The notes under the pieces are model-generated. The model ran no database searches and had not been told where the DNA came from. It worked only from the letters and a program-made list of their open reading frames with translations. Source: Candidatus Alloscybalousia intestinigallinarum (GTDB lineage: Bacteria > Bacillota_I > Bacilli_A > RF39 > UBA660). From it: 54,622 nucleotides of DNA. The position numbers and the translations under genes are program-made. Positions 39,225-47,587 of this stretch are shown here, piece after piece (within the stretch, counting starts at the first letter, position 1; each line of letters opens with the position of its first letter). Location of the stretch: assembly GCA_018716115.1 (NCBI GenBank), contig DVKF01000059.1:1-54622 (forward strand). Reading direction: 5' to 3'.

Positions 39225-40304
39225 CTAGAGCCCTCCGTTTACTGCGGAAAGTTCATTCTTTTTGGCTAAAAAAGATGCATAATCCTCATAGAAGAAAGTC
39301 TCTAATGTCTGAATGTTCGCAATAAAATACAAATAGTTATGACTATCAGGATAAAGAGTCGCTTCGATTGCTTCTTCCGATGGAGAACAGATTGGTCCAA
39401 TCGGTAGTTTTCCATCCATCGTTCCGTTAGTCAAACGAGTATTATAAGGATTCTGTAAGGCATATTGAGCGGCAGTTAGGGCTTGACCTTTATTATCAAT
39501 TTGGTTCGCATAACGAGTGGTTACATCACTGCCAAGCGGCATACCGATTTTTAAGCGATTTAAGAATACACTAGCGACTTTATTTCGATCTTGTTTGTTG
39601 GCACTTTCTTCTTCTACCATCGAGGCAAGAGTTAATATTTCATGAGGAGTAAATCCACTAGCTTCGATTGCCTCTTTATGTGGCGTTAAAACTCGATTCA
39701 TCTCTTCTAGCATTCTATTAAAAATATACTCGACATCGACGTCGCGATTTGTCAATTTATAGGTATCAGGGAAAAGATATCCTTCTAAATCATAGTAAAT
39801 CCCCTCTTGTTTTACACTTTCGTCGATAAACCAATATTTTTCTATCAATTGATTAATATATTTCTCATCATTCGCTTTGGCAATTACTTCTTCATAACTA
39901 TTACTCGTATTATCGCTAATAATTGTCGCTATTTCTCTGATATTTAATCCTTCTTGGAACGTAATTTCAATCTCATTAGGATTTTTGGTACTTCCTTCTC
40001 GTAAAGTCGCTACAATTTTTTCTACTCCCATATTGGGCGATAAGTCATAGTAACCAGCTTTTAGATCATTAACATTATTTAGTTTTAGATAAATCAAAAA
40101 GATTCTATCATCACGAATTAATTTCTGTTCTTTTAATATACTCGCAATCTGTTTACTACTAGAATTAGCAGGAATTTCCACTTCTTTGGTTGTTTTATCA
40201 CTAGATGGTGCTGTCATCATGAAACGATAGAAGCCTAAGCAGCCAACGATAATAATGATAGAGGCCACTAAAATTCCTAACGCAATATTTCTAAACTTCT
40301 TCAT
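39225..40304 (-). CDS. mltG: Endolytic transglycosylase
   Basis: N-terminal TM, LEGYLFPDTY, LASMVEEE, VFLNRL, PYNT, LPIGPI, YLYF. Confidence 0.95.
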   Translation of the reverse strand: MKKFRNIALGILVASIIIIVGCLGFYRFMMTAPSSDKTTKEVEIPANSSSKQIASILKEQKLIRDDRIFLIYLKLNNVNDLKAGYYDLSPNMGVEKIVATLREGSTKNPNEIEITFQEGLNIREIATIISDNTSNSYEEVIAKANDEKYINQLIEKYWFIDESVKQEGIYYDLEGYLFPDTYKLTNRDVDVEYIFNRMLEEMNRVLTPHKEAIEASGFTPHEILTLASMVEEESANKQDRNKVASVFLNRLKIGMPLGSDVTTRYANQIDNKGQALTAAQYALQNPYNTRLTNGTMDGKLPIGPICSPSEEAIEATLYPDSHNYLYFIANIQTLETFFYEDYASFLAKKNELSAVNGGL

Positions 40305-40349
40305 ACTTTTCTCCTTAGTTTTTTTCTTATGAAATAACGAGCAAAAAAA

Positions 40350-40664
40350 TTATTGCTCGTTAGGACTAGCAGGAGTTGTCTCACCTTGTTGTGCGATTTT
40401 ACTTCTTACTTCTTCTTGGATAGCTTCTAGAATGGTTTCTACTACTTTCCATTCCTTTTCTGTTTCAATCGGTTCGAATCCTGCATTTAAATTTTCGGGA
40501 TGATATACGGCAGCGTAAGCTTTGATACTACCATCCGGTTCATAAGTATTGTCTGTATAGGCAATATAACTTTTTTTTGTTTCTTCACTATCGAAGGTAA
40601 ACAAAACATTACATATAATTTCTTTTCCATCTTCTGTAACCATTTTAAACGTATTTTCTTTCAT
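40350..40664 (-). CDS. DUF1292 family protein (YrzB-like)
   Basis: EDGKE..C.VLFTF, PIETEKEW; conserved position after ruvX. Confidence 0.88.
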   Translation of the reverse strand: MKENTFKMVTEDGKEIICNVLFTFDSEETKKSYIAYTDNTYEPDGSIKAYAAVYHPENLNAGFEPIETEKEWKVVETILEAIQEEVRSKIAQQGETTPASPNEQ

Positions 40665-41083
40665 TATTTTCTTTCCCTTCTATCTAAAAAACTCTGTAAT
40701 ATGATGGTAGCAGCTACACAATCTATTACTTTTTTTCTTTTTTTTCGACTTGTATTATTACTGATTAATAAGCTCTCCGCCTGGCGGGTAGTTAATCGTT
40801 CATCTTCCATATAAACAGGAAGATGGAATTCATTTTCTAATTTTTCTTTAAACTTTAACGCAATTTCGCCTCGTTCTCCTACCGAATTATTCATATTTTT
40901 AGGAAATCCCAATACGAATGCTTGAATGTTCTTTTCTTTGACGATTGGCTCCAGTTGTAAAATTAAACCATCATAATCTTCTTGATGATGAAGTATTTTA
41001 TAACTTGTCGCAATTGTTCCTAAGCTATCAGATATGGCTAAGCCTAAAGTTTTTGTCCCTAAATCTAGTCCTAGATACCTCAT
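40664..41083 (-). CDS. ruvX: YqgF/RuvX pre-16S rRNA nuclease
   Basis: LGLDLGTKTLGLAISD, GFPKNMN, DERLTT, IDCVAATIILQ. Confidence 0.95.
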   Translation of the reverse strand: MRYLGLDLGTKTLGLAISDSLGTIATSYKILHHQEDYDGLILQLEPIVKEKNIQAFVLGFPKNMNNSVGERGEIALKFKEKLENEFHLPVYMEDERLTTRQAESLLISNNTSRKKRKKVIDCVAATIILQSFLDRRERK

Positions 41084-41328
41084 TCGTCTAAACCTTTTCT
41101 CAGTAATACTTCGATAATTTTACTTCTATCGATACCAGTTATTTTCTTTCTAGCATCTCGATGAGATGATATATAACCAGGATCTCCGCTCATCAAATAT
41201 CCAGTTAATTGATTGATTGGATCGTATCCTTTATCTTTAAGAGCATCTCTTACCTCGGTTAAGATTGCTTCAACTAAAGCTTTATCAAACTCTTCTACAT
41301 CATATAAATGAGTAGTCTTTGATTCCAT
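41080..41328 (-). CDS. reoM: IreB/ReoM family regulatory phosphoprotein (YrzL)
   Basis: ALKDKGYDPINQLTGYLMSGDPGYI. Confidence 0.93.
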   Translation of the reverse strand: MESKTTHLYDVEEFDKALVEAILTEVRDALKDKGYDPINQLTGYLMSGDPGYISSHRDARKKITGIDRSKIIEVLLRKGLDE

Positions 41329-41425
41329 TTTATCACCTCTTTATAATAAACATTCTAACATTAATTTTTCTTTTCTTCAACCGCTTAGAGATATTTTGTG
41401 AATTTTCTGTTTTGGTTTTATTCTT

Positions 41426-42562
41426 CTATCTAAAAGCAAAGATTCCCATATAAATCATAAATATCGTAAACAAAGTGGTTACAATCCAACCATTCACTTT
41501 TTCAAAAGTGGTACTCTTGTATTTAACCCCTAATGATATTGTCATTAGAATACCACCAATTAAGCCACCGATATGCGCATAATTATCGATACCTGGCGTG
41601 ATGGCACCAAGTACTAAGTTGATCACAATCAAAGGAATTAATTGACTTTTTAATACATTGCCAAGATATACTCGGTAATGATAACCAAAATAAAGCATAC
41701 TTCCCATTAATCCAAAAATAGCGCCACTCGCTCCAACACTAGGAGCATCCCCATTTAAAGCAATCGAAGCTAGACTTCCAATTAAACCAGAAAATAAATA
41801 GATGACTAGATACTTTCCTTTACCCATAAAACTTTCCATTTGACTACCAATAATATATAAGGCATAACAGTTAAATAGAAGATGGAAAATATCTCCATGA
41901 AGAAAAATCCCCGTTAATAATCGATAGTATTCTCCAAAACGAATAAGTGGTCCATAAACGCAAAATTCATTAACGATATAATCATAATTGCCAAACATCA
42001 TTAGAAGATATACGAATACATTAATCCCAATTAATATCGGAGTAATCACCGGTTTCTTTGGTTTAAATACATCTTCTGCTTTCTCAGCCTCTTTTTTATT
42101 TTTCATATTAATATCGTTAGTAATTTTTACAAATAATTGTAAGCCCTTCTCAGTAAATTTTAATTTATTTTTAATATCAGGAAACGCTTTATCGATAAAA
42201 CTATAATTTTTGATATCTTTCTCATCATATAAGAACATACAATCATTATTTTGTACTTTATCTAAATGAGCATTATCTCCTAGATCTGTATAGATCGATA
42301 AAACATTCATATGAAAGGAAAAAGTTTTCCGTTTAATTTTCTTTACGATTCTTCCCGTTTTAAACAAATCAAAATTTAACTGTTCATCATTATGAATATA
42401 ATTGGAAACAATACGAACGATTTTATAATCTTTATCTAAATTTTCTAGCCAAATTTCATCTTCGGCACCTTGTAAGATAATTGGACTATAGTTCTGTTCA
42501 GTAATGAAATAATGAAGTAGTTTCATTACGATTCTATCTTTTCGATTTAAGGTATCTTCCAT
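41426..42562 (-). CDS. Rhomboid intramembrane serine protease (GluP-like)
   Basis: EYYRL, FLH, HLLFN, GASGAIFG, AHIGG. Confidence 0.93.
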   Translation of the reverse strand: MEDTLNRKDRIVMKLLHYFITEQNYSPIILQGAEDEIWLENLDKDYKIVRIVSNYIHNDEQLNFDLFKTGRIVKKIKRKTFSFHMNVLSIYTDLGDNAHLDKVQNNDCMFLYDEKDIKNYSFIDKAFPDIKNKLKFTEKGLQLFVKITNDINMKNKKEAEKAEDVFKPKKPVITPILIGINVFVYLLMMFGNYDYIVNEFCVYGPLIRFGEYYRLLTGIFLHGDIFHLLFNCYALYIIGSQMESFMGKGKYLVIYLFSGLIGSLASIALNGDAPSVGASGAIFGLMGSMLYFGYHYRVYLGNVLKSQLIPLIVINLVLGAITPGIDNYAHIGGLIGGILMTISLGVKYKSTTFEKVNGWIVTTLFTIFMIYMGIFAFR

Positions 42563-42570
42563 AATATCAG

Positions 42571-43473
42571 TTACTCCTTTCTATTTTCTTGTTCTAATTG
42601 TTTTAAATATGATTCAAACTCTTCTGGTAGTGGAGTTTCAAAGGATAATTTTTCTTTCGTAATTGGATGAATAAAAGAAATTTTCTTTGCATGTAGATAT
42701 TGACCAAATGGTGTGGTTTTCGAAGTTTTCCCATATACTGGGTCATTATGAATTGGATAGCCAATATATGCAAGGTGTACTCTAATTTGGTGAGTTCGAC
42801 CAGTCTCTAGTTTGCATTCGATTAATGTATTTTTAGGATAACGTTTTAATACTTTAAAATGGGTAACGGCATCTTTACTATTTTGATCAGTTACCTTCAT
42901 TTTTTGACGGTTATCGGTATCTCTTCCAATCGGAGCATCTATTGTTCCGGTACTATGAGGAATTACACCATCTACTAAGGCATAATAGATTCTTTCTACT
43001 TCGTGATTTTTAATCATTTCACTTAGTTTTTCTAAAACTTCTTCATTCTTGGCAACGACTAGTAAACCACTTGTATCTTTATCAATTCGATGAACAATTC
43101 CAGGTCTAGTATTTTTGTCTGTATTCCAGTTAAAACGGTAAATTAGCGCATTAACTAAAGTTCCATGATAATTACCGGGTGCGGGATGAACAACCATTCC
43201 TGATTTCTTATTGATTACCAATAAGTATTCATCTTCATAAACGATATCTAACGGAATATCTTCTCCTTCAATATCGATATCAAAAGTCAACTGATCATCT
43301 ACCACTACAAAATCATGTTCTTTTACTAGATAACTAGGCTGTACCTTTTTGTCATTTACCAAAACTTTTCCTTCTTTGATTAATTTTTGAATTTTACTTC
43401 TACTAATTTCTAACTCTTCGCTTAGATACTGATCTAGTCTTATCTCTTTCTTTTTTACTTCTATCTCTATCAT
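42571..43473 (-). CDS. rluD: RluA/RluD family pseudouridine synthase
   Basis: S4 domain, VHRIDKDTSG, LETGRTHQIRVH. Confidence 0.93.
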   Translation of the reverse strand: MIEIEVKKKEIRLDQYLSEELEISRSKIQKLIKEGKVLVNDKKVQPSYLVKEHDFVVVDDQLTFDIDIEGEDIPLDIVYEDEYLLVINKKSGMVVHPAPGNYHGTLVNALIYRFNWNTDKNTRPGIVHRIDKDTSGLLVVAKNEEVLEKLSEMIKNHEVERIYYALVDGVIPHSTGTIDAPIGRDTDNRQKMKVTDQNSKDAVTHFKVLKRYPKNTLIECKLETGRTHQIRVHLAYIGYPIHNDPVYGKTSKTTPFGQYLHAKKISFIHPITKEKLSFETPLPEEFESYLKQLEQENRKE

Positions 43474-43936
43474 GATTATCCCCCTTAATCATCTCTAGTA
43501 GGACTAACCCTACTCCGATTACGATCGCCATATCGGCAATATTGAATATCGGAAACTGGTAATTTCCAAACTGAAACCCGATATAATCAACGACCCCATC
43601 TCTTACTACTCTATCAATAAAATTTCCTAAAATGCCACCCATAATGAGTCCATAATACCATTCTTCTAAACGAGAAAAAGTATTTTTTTTCATTAGGTAG
43701 CGATTCAGTAAAATTAAACAAATCGCACTAATAACGGTGAGAAAAAAAGTACTATCTTCTAAGATACTCCAAGCTGCACCTGTATTTTCTACATAGGTAA
43801 AATAGAAGAAATCTGGAATAATCTCCTTTACTTCTAACAAAGAAAAACTATTTATAATAATTCTTTTTACTACTTGATCGATAATGACCAGAATCAAGGT
43901 AATGATATAAATATTTTTCTTCACTTTCATCACCAT
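43403..43936 (-). CDS. lspA: Lipoprotein signal peptidase II
   Basis: IDQ, NTGAAWS, GNFIDR, VVDY, FNIAD; start position uncertain. Confidence 0.95.
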   Translation of the reverse strand: MVMKVKKNIYIITLILVIIDQVVKRIIINSFSLLEVKEIIPDFFYFTYVENTGAAWSILEDSTFFLTVISAICLILLNRYLMKKNTFSRLEEWYYGLIMGGILGNFIDRVVRDGVVDYIGFQFGNYQFPIFNIADMAIVIGVGLVLLEMIKGDNHDRDRSKKERDKTRSVSKRRVRN

Positions 43937-44199
43937 GCTTAGTATACCATATTTTCCTATATTATGCATTATATTTTCTTTTTCAAAAGAAAAAGCTCTT
44001 CACTTGAAAAAGCTTTTGTATTAGTGGTTAAATAACCGTTTTTAAATAAATTTAAAATTTTGTTTTTAATCCATGTCAACATTTCCTTTCACGATTCAAT
44101 TTACATCGTGTTTGAAAATACTTTTATTTGTTTTTAGTTAGATTATTCATTGGCCTATGCATCAAATCTTTCTTTATCTCTATTTTTTCTCTTTTTATA

Positions 44200-44343
44200 T
44201 AAATTTTCTTCCATAATTAATAAGTCAATAAAATCATTCCAATTATTAGGAAAGTTATTTGTTCCATGAAGCATGCGTACCTATCACTAGTGAAATCATG
44301 GTAAATTCCTAATTGGTAGGGTGTTTTTTCATTACTAATCAAA
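44200..44343 (-). pseudogene. Decayed small hypothetical gene
   Basis: RBS AAAGAGGTG followed by TTG; a fragment in another frame reads VRMLHGTNNFPNNWNDFIDLL. Confidence 0.35.
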
Positions 44344-44362
44344 ACTACCACCTCTTTCTTAG

Positions 44363-44458
44363 TTACTTTGAGGAGATATTATTATCGAAAATTGGTTTTA
44401 CTCGATTCTCATTTGGGGTGCCATAAACTTCACGTGGGATATTTTCTTCTAGCGCTAT
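44363..44458 (-). pseudogene. C-terminal remnant of a VYGxP-motif protein
   Basis: Reads IALEENIPREVYGTPNENRVKPIFDNNISSK* directly after the radical SAM fragment. Confidence 0.4.
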
Positions 44459-44691
44459 CCATATTTTTTCTTAAGAGAAATATCTATGCTTTTTTTTAAA
44501 TTCTCTGAACTTATTTCGTCTTTTGGAACAAAGTCTTCACAACTACTTCCACAGTGACAACATCTAGCGTTGCATCTAGAAGTTACTTCTAAAAATAGAT
44601 CTTTTAAGATGGGTTTCTTATAGAGTTTTTCACGATAATCATATCATCGTTCTAAATTGTGTTGTTTGATTTTTTAGATTTTATCATCCAT
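44455..44691 (-). pseudogene. Truncated radical SAM enzyme gene
   Basis: MDDKI*KIKQHNLER*YDYREKLYKKPILKDLFLEVTSRCNARCCHCGSSC: CxxxCxxC motif, two in-frame stops, ends after about 78 codons. Confidence 0.85.
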
Positions 44692-44720
44692 CACAACACC
44701 TACTTTACTTGTTACTATTT

Positions 44721-46034
44721 TTAATCTTCGATTTTGAATTGTTCTAATTCCGATTTTTGTTCTTTTGCTTGATAATCAGCTTCTTGTTCGGTTAGCTTTT
44801 TCAATTTATCGTCGATTTGTCTTTGAATATCACTCATTTCTCCATCATCTGGTTGAGCATTTAATGCTTCTAGAATCTTAGCATGGCGAATTTGATTTAC
44901 TTTTTCTTTTAGATCAAAACATTTAATCGTTCTTTTTTCATAGCTTGGATAAAAAATCGCATTTTTGGGGATTGTTACCGTTTCAAAGTCCTTCTCTATT
45001 TTTTCCTCTTCATTACCCATCTCTATTTTTATATCTTCATTTCTAATTGAAATTAAATCACATAGTTTGATTATATATTTTCCATAGATATCGATTAGTC
45101 CTGATAAAGAACGCGTTGCGATATATACTTTTATATTTCTAGGTATACAAGAGGATAAAATATCTACTAAATCATGACATATTTCAATACTATCGAAATT
45201 ATCCAATATGAAATGGAACTTGGTATCTACGTTTAAATCGATTAATCTAGCATATAATTGTTCAATAAACATCGTAGCAACTGTATTTAAAGCGCTATTT
45301 TCATCTCTAGTAATCACAATAAAAGCGGTTGGTTTATGGATAGAAGTTTCAATATCAAAGGTTGTTTTATTCATCATCTGAGATAGATTTTCTCTAGTTG
45401 CATACATTCCTAATCTTTGTCTTGCGACAGATAAAATACTTCCCTTTGTCTCTTTAGGGGCTAAAATCGTGGCAGAAGCAAAAATATAGGCATTTGAAGT
45501 TGAGTTTTTAGCGTTAAAATATTCATTCAAATAAACTGAACCACCTATTTTTCCTTCCGCTTGATTAAGCATATTCATTATACTATTTAAATTTACTTCC
45601 TCAGGGGCACCATCTTCAAATAAGCCAAGGGTCACGCCTGTAAATAAATCGGATGCGGCATTATCCCAAAATGGGTCTTGAACTTGTTTTTCATAAAAGC
45701 AAGTTTTTCCGATTTTTTGTAAATATTCTTGGGCTTTATCCGTTTTTCCATTCTTGTATAACTGATATGGATACGTTAAAGGATTCCAGCCTTCACTTTT
45801 ATCTGGTTCTCTTAAGTTTATGATGATTGTCTGATAACCGTTTTCATTTAGCTTTTCCTGATACTGATGTAAATACTCTTCTCGTGTATCTAAAATCAAT
45901 AAGTTTTCTTTTTGCTCAATAATCTTATCTACAATAGGAAACAATATATTTGTCGTTTTCCCTGATGAGATATTTCCTTCGATAATCATATTTTGGGGAT
46001 GATTAAATAATTTTTCTAATATTTCTTTTTTCAT
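44721..46034 (-). CDS. Soluble VirD4/TraG-like coupling protein homolog
   Basis: GNISSGKT, LLILD, INLREP..SEGWNPL, DPFWDNAA, T..SILS, FILDNF; no N-terminal TM. Confidence 0.82.
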   Translation of the reverse strand: MKKEILEKLFNHPQNMIIEGNISSGKTTNILFPIVDKIIEQKENLLILDTREEYLHQYQEKLNENGYQTIIINLREPDKSEGWNPLTYPYQLYKNGKTDKAQEYLQKIGKTCFYEKQVQDPFWDNAASDLFTGVTLGLFEDGAPEEVNLNSIMNMLNQAEGKIGGSVYLNEYFNAKNSTSNAYIFASATILAPKETKGSILSVARQRLGMYATRENLSQMMNKTTFDIETSIHKPTAFIVITRDENSALNTVATMFIEQLYARLIDLNVDTKFHFILDNFDSIEICHDLVDILSSCIPRNIKVYIATRSLSGLIDIYGKYIIKLCDLISIRNEDIKIEMGNEEEKIEKDFETVTIPKNAIFYPSYEKRTIKCFDLKEKVNQIRHAKILEALNAQPDDGEMSDIQRQIDDKLKKLTEQEADYQAKEQKSELEQFKIED

Positions 46035-46413
46035 ATTTCCTCCTTAACACTCTTTCTCTTTCTGTTTCTTTTTCTTTTCCATAACTTCTTTTGTTTTCGA
46101 TGTCTTCTTGTATTTGATTTACTCTGTCAATTTTTAAGTTTAATAGATAAATTTTTTCTTCGAATTCTGCTTTTTTCTTTTCTAAGATTTCTTCGTCTAA
46201 GCCCTCTTTGTATTCGATGATTTCATCAAGGGTAAAATCTAATGATTTTAATAATTTAATAAACTCACATTCGATAACATTATCATCACTATAATATTTA
46301 TAGCCAGTCAAGGGATCGATTTCACTGGGAACTAATACTCCATATTCAGCATAATATCTAAGCGTTCTAACCGGAATATCTACAATTTTGGAAAAATCAC
46401 CGATTTTATACAT
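46003..46413 (-). CDS. MerR family transcriptional regulator
   Basis: MYKIGDFSK...VRTLRYY..G.L.P...GYKYY, LDFTLDEI. Confidence 0.93.
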   Translation of the reverse strand: MYKIGDFSKIVDIPVRTLRYYAEYGVLVPSEIDPLTGYKYYSDDNVIECEFIKLLKSLDFTLDEIIEYKEGLDEEILEKKKAEFEEKIYLLNLKIDRVNQIQEDIENKRSYGKEKETERERVLRRKYEKRNIRKII

Positions 46414-46456
46414 GTTTATTCACTCCTTTTTCTATAGACTCCTCCCTTCAGTTAAG

Positions 46457-46487
46457 ATACTAACAGAGCAGTCGACTGCCGAGTCAA
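46457..46487 (-). promoter_or_regulatory. MerR-type promoter with 19-bp spacer and palindromic operator
   Basis: TTGACT (46487-46482), 19-bp spacer, TAGTAT (46462-46457); perfect palindrome GCAGTCGACTGC at 46468-46479. Confidence 0.85.
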
Positions 46488-46517
46488 TAGAAAATTAAAA
46501 TTTTTTTACTTTTTTTG

Positions 46518-47234
46518 TTAGTAGAGCTTGCCACTAGGATCTAATGGGATTTTTTCGCTCATCTTAATTAATTTTAAGCACTTAGGCTTTACCTCTTCTT
46601 GGTATATATGAGAAACTTCTAGCTCTTCTTCTGGACTTAATGGCTTTTTCATAGGTACACCGAAATGACATTGTGGCTCTATGACCGCTGGATTAATTCC
46701 TCTAATTAGTAATTCAAGTGTTCTGTCGTAATCGCTTTCTAATTCTAATAAGGGAGTTACTAGTTCAATTCCAAAAGCATTTAGAAGGTTGCGATATTGT
46801 TCTAACATATTTGTCTGTTCAATCGCAAATAATTGACTTTTTCTTGCTCCTTCGGCAACCACTTTAATATTTAGCTTTCTACATAATAGAATCGTGTAAA
46901 CATACATGGCACTTCGACAAGCTAGACAGGTAAACTGGGGTAGATTAAAATATGGATATTTTCGAACAATTTCTTGGAGTTCTAACCTATATATCTCGTC
47001 TCGTAATGCTTTAAAATAGCCAACCGTTAGACCAACTCCCCAAAATTTCACTTTATTCTCTCCGTAACGTTTGATTAATCTCTCGGCAGTTTCTTTAACA
47101 TGTTCACAGCCACTACTGCTCCCATTATCATAGTGAACTAAAGTTACTTTCCATCCATCTTCGATCATTTTACAACTAGTAAGAAGCGAATCCAAACCAC
47201 CGGAAAATAAAATTAATGCTTGTTTTTCTTCCAT
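46518..47234 (-). CDS. PP-loop N-type ATP pyrophosphatase (QueC-like)
   Basis: LFSGGLDS PP-loop, CLACR CxxC, AEGAR, PQC. Confidence 0.75.
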   Translation of the reverse strand: MEEKQALILFSGGLDSLLTSCKMIEDGWKVTLVHYDNGSSSGCEHVKETAERLIKRYGENKVKFWGVGLTVGYFKALRDEIYRLELQEIVRKYPYFNLPQFTCLACRSAMYVYTILLCRKLNIKVVAEGARKSQLFAIEQTNMLEQYRNLLNAFGIELVTPLLELESDYDRTLELLIRGINPAVIEPQCHFGVPMKKPLSPEEELEVSHIYQEEVKPKCLKLIKMSEKIPLDPSGKLY

Positions 47235-47406
47235 TACTTTACCACCCTATTAATTTTATTTTAACTTATATTCTCACTCTTGGCTAGTTAGTGCAAACAA
47301 AAAACTTCGGATTTTATTCCGAGGTTTTCTTTGAGAACCGTGCTTACTTCGATAAATATTTACCGCAGTTATGTATTGTTTCATTGTTTTCTTATCTTAG
47401 TTTTTA

Positions 47407-47444
47407 ATTTTCGGCTTATTTTCGGCTTATTTTCGGCTTATTTT
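47407..47444. repeat. 11-bp tandem repeat ATTTTCGGCTT, about 3.4 copies
   Basis: Perfect head-to-tail copies at 47407, 47418 and 47429, plus a partial copy. Confidence 0.9.
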
Positions 47445-47530
47445 AATTTTTGAGCATATTTTTCTTTTTTACTATTATTTTCTAACACTTAGCTAAAATT
47501 ATTTTTATCTTATTCATTTAAAGAATAAAT

Positions 47531-47574
47531 AAAAAAACAAGATGAGTTGTTGTAAAATAACTCTTTCTTGTTTT
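47531..47574 (-). terminator. valS terminator
   Basis: AAAAAAACAAGA(T)GAGTT...AACTC(TT)TCTTGTTTT. Confidence 0.65.
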
Positions 47575-47587
47575 CTATTTTTCTACT

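Noticed and set aside
44721-46034. Intact conjugative element (ICE)
   Set aside because: No relaxase, VirB4, integrase or att sites; the flanks are core genes.
47407-47444. CRISPR array
   Set aside because: Repeats are 11 bp, head-to-tail, with no spacers and no cas genes in the window.
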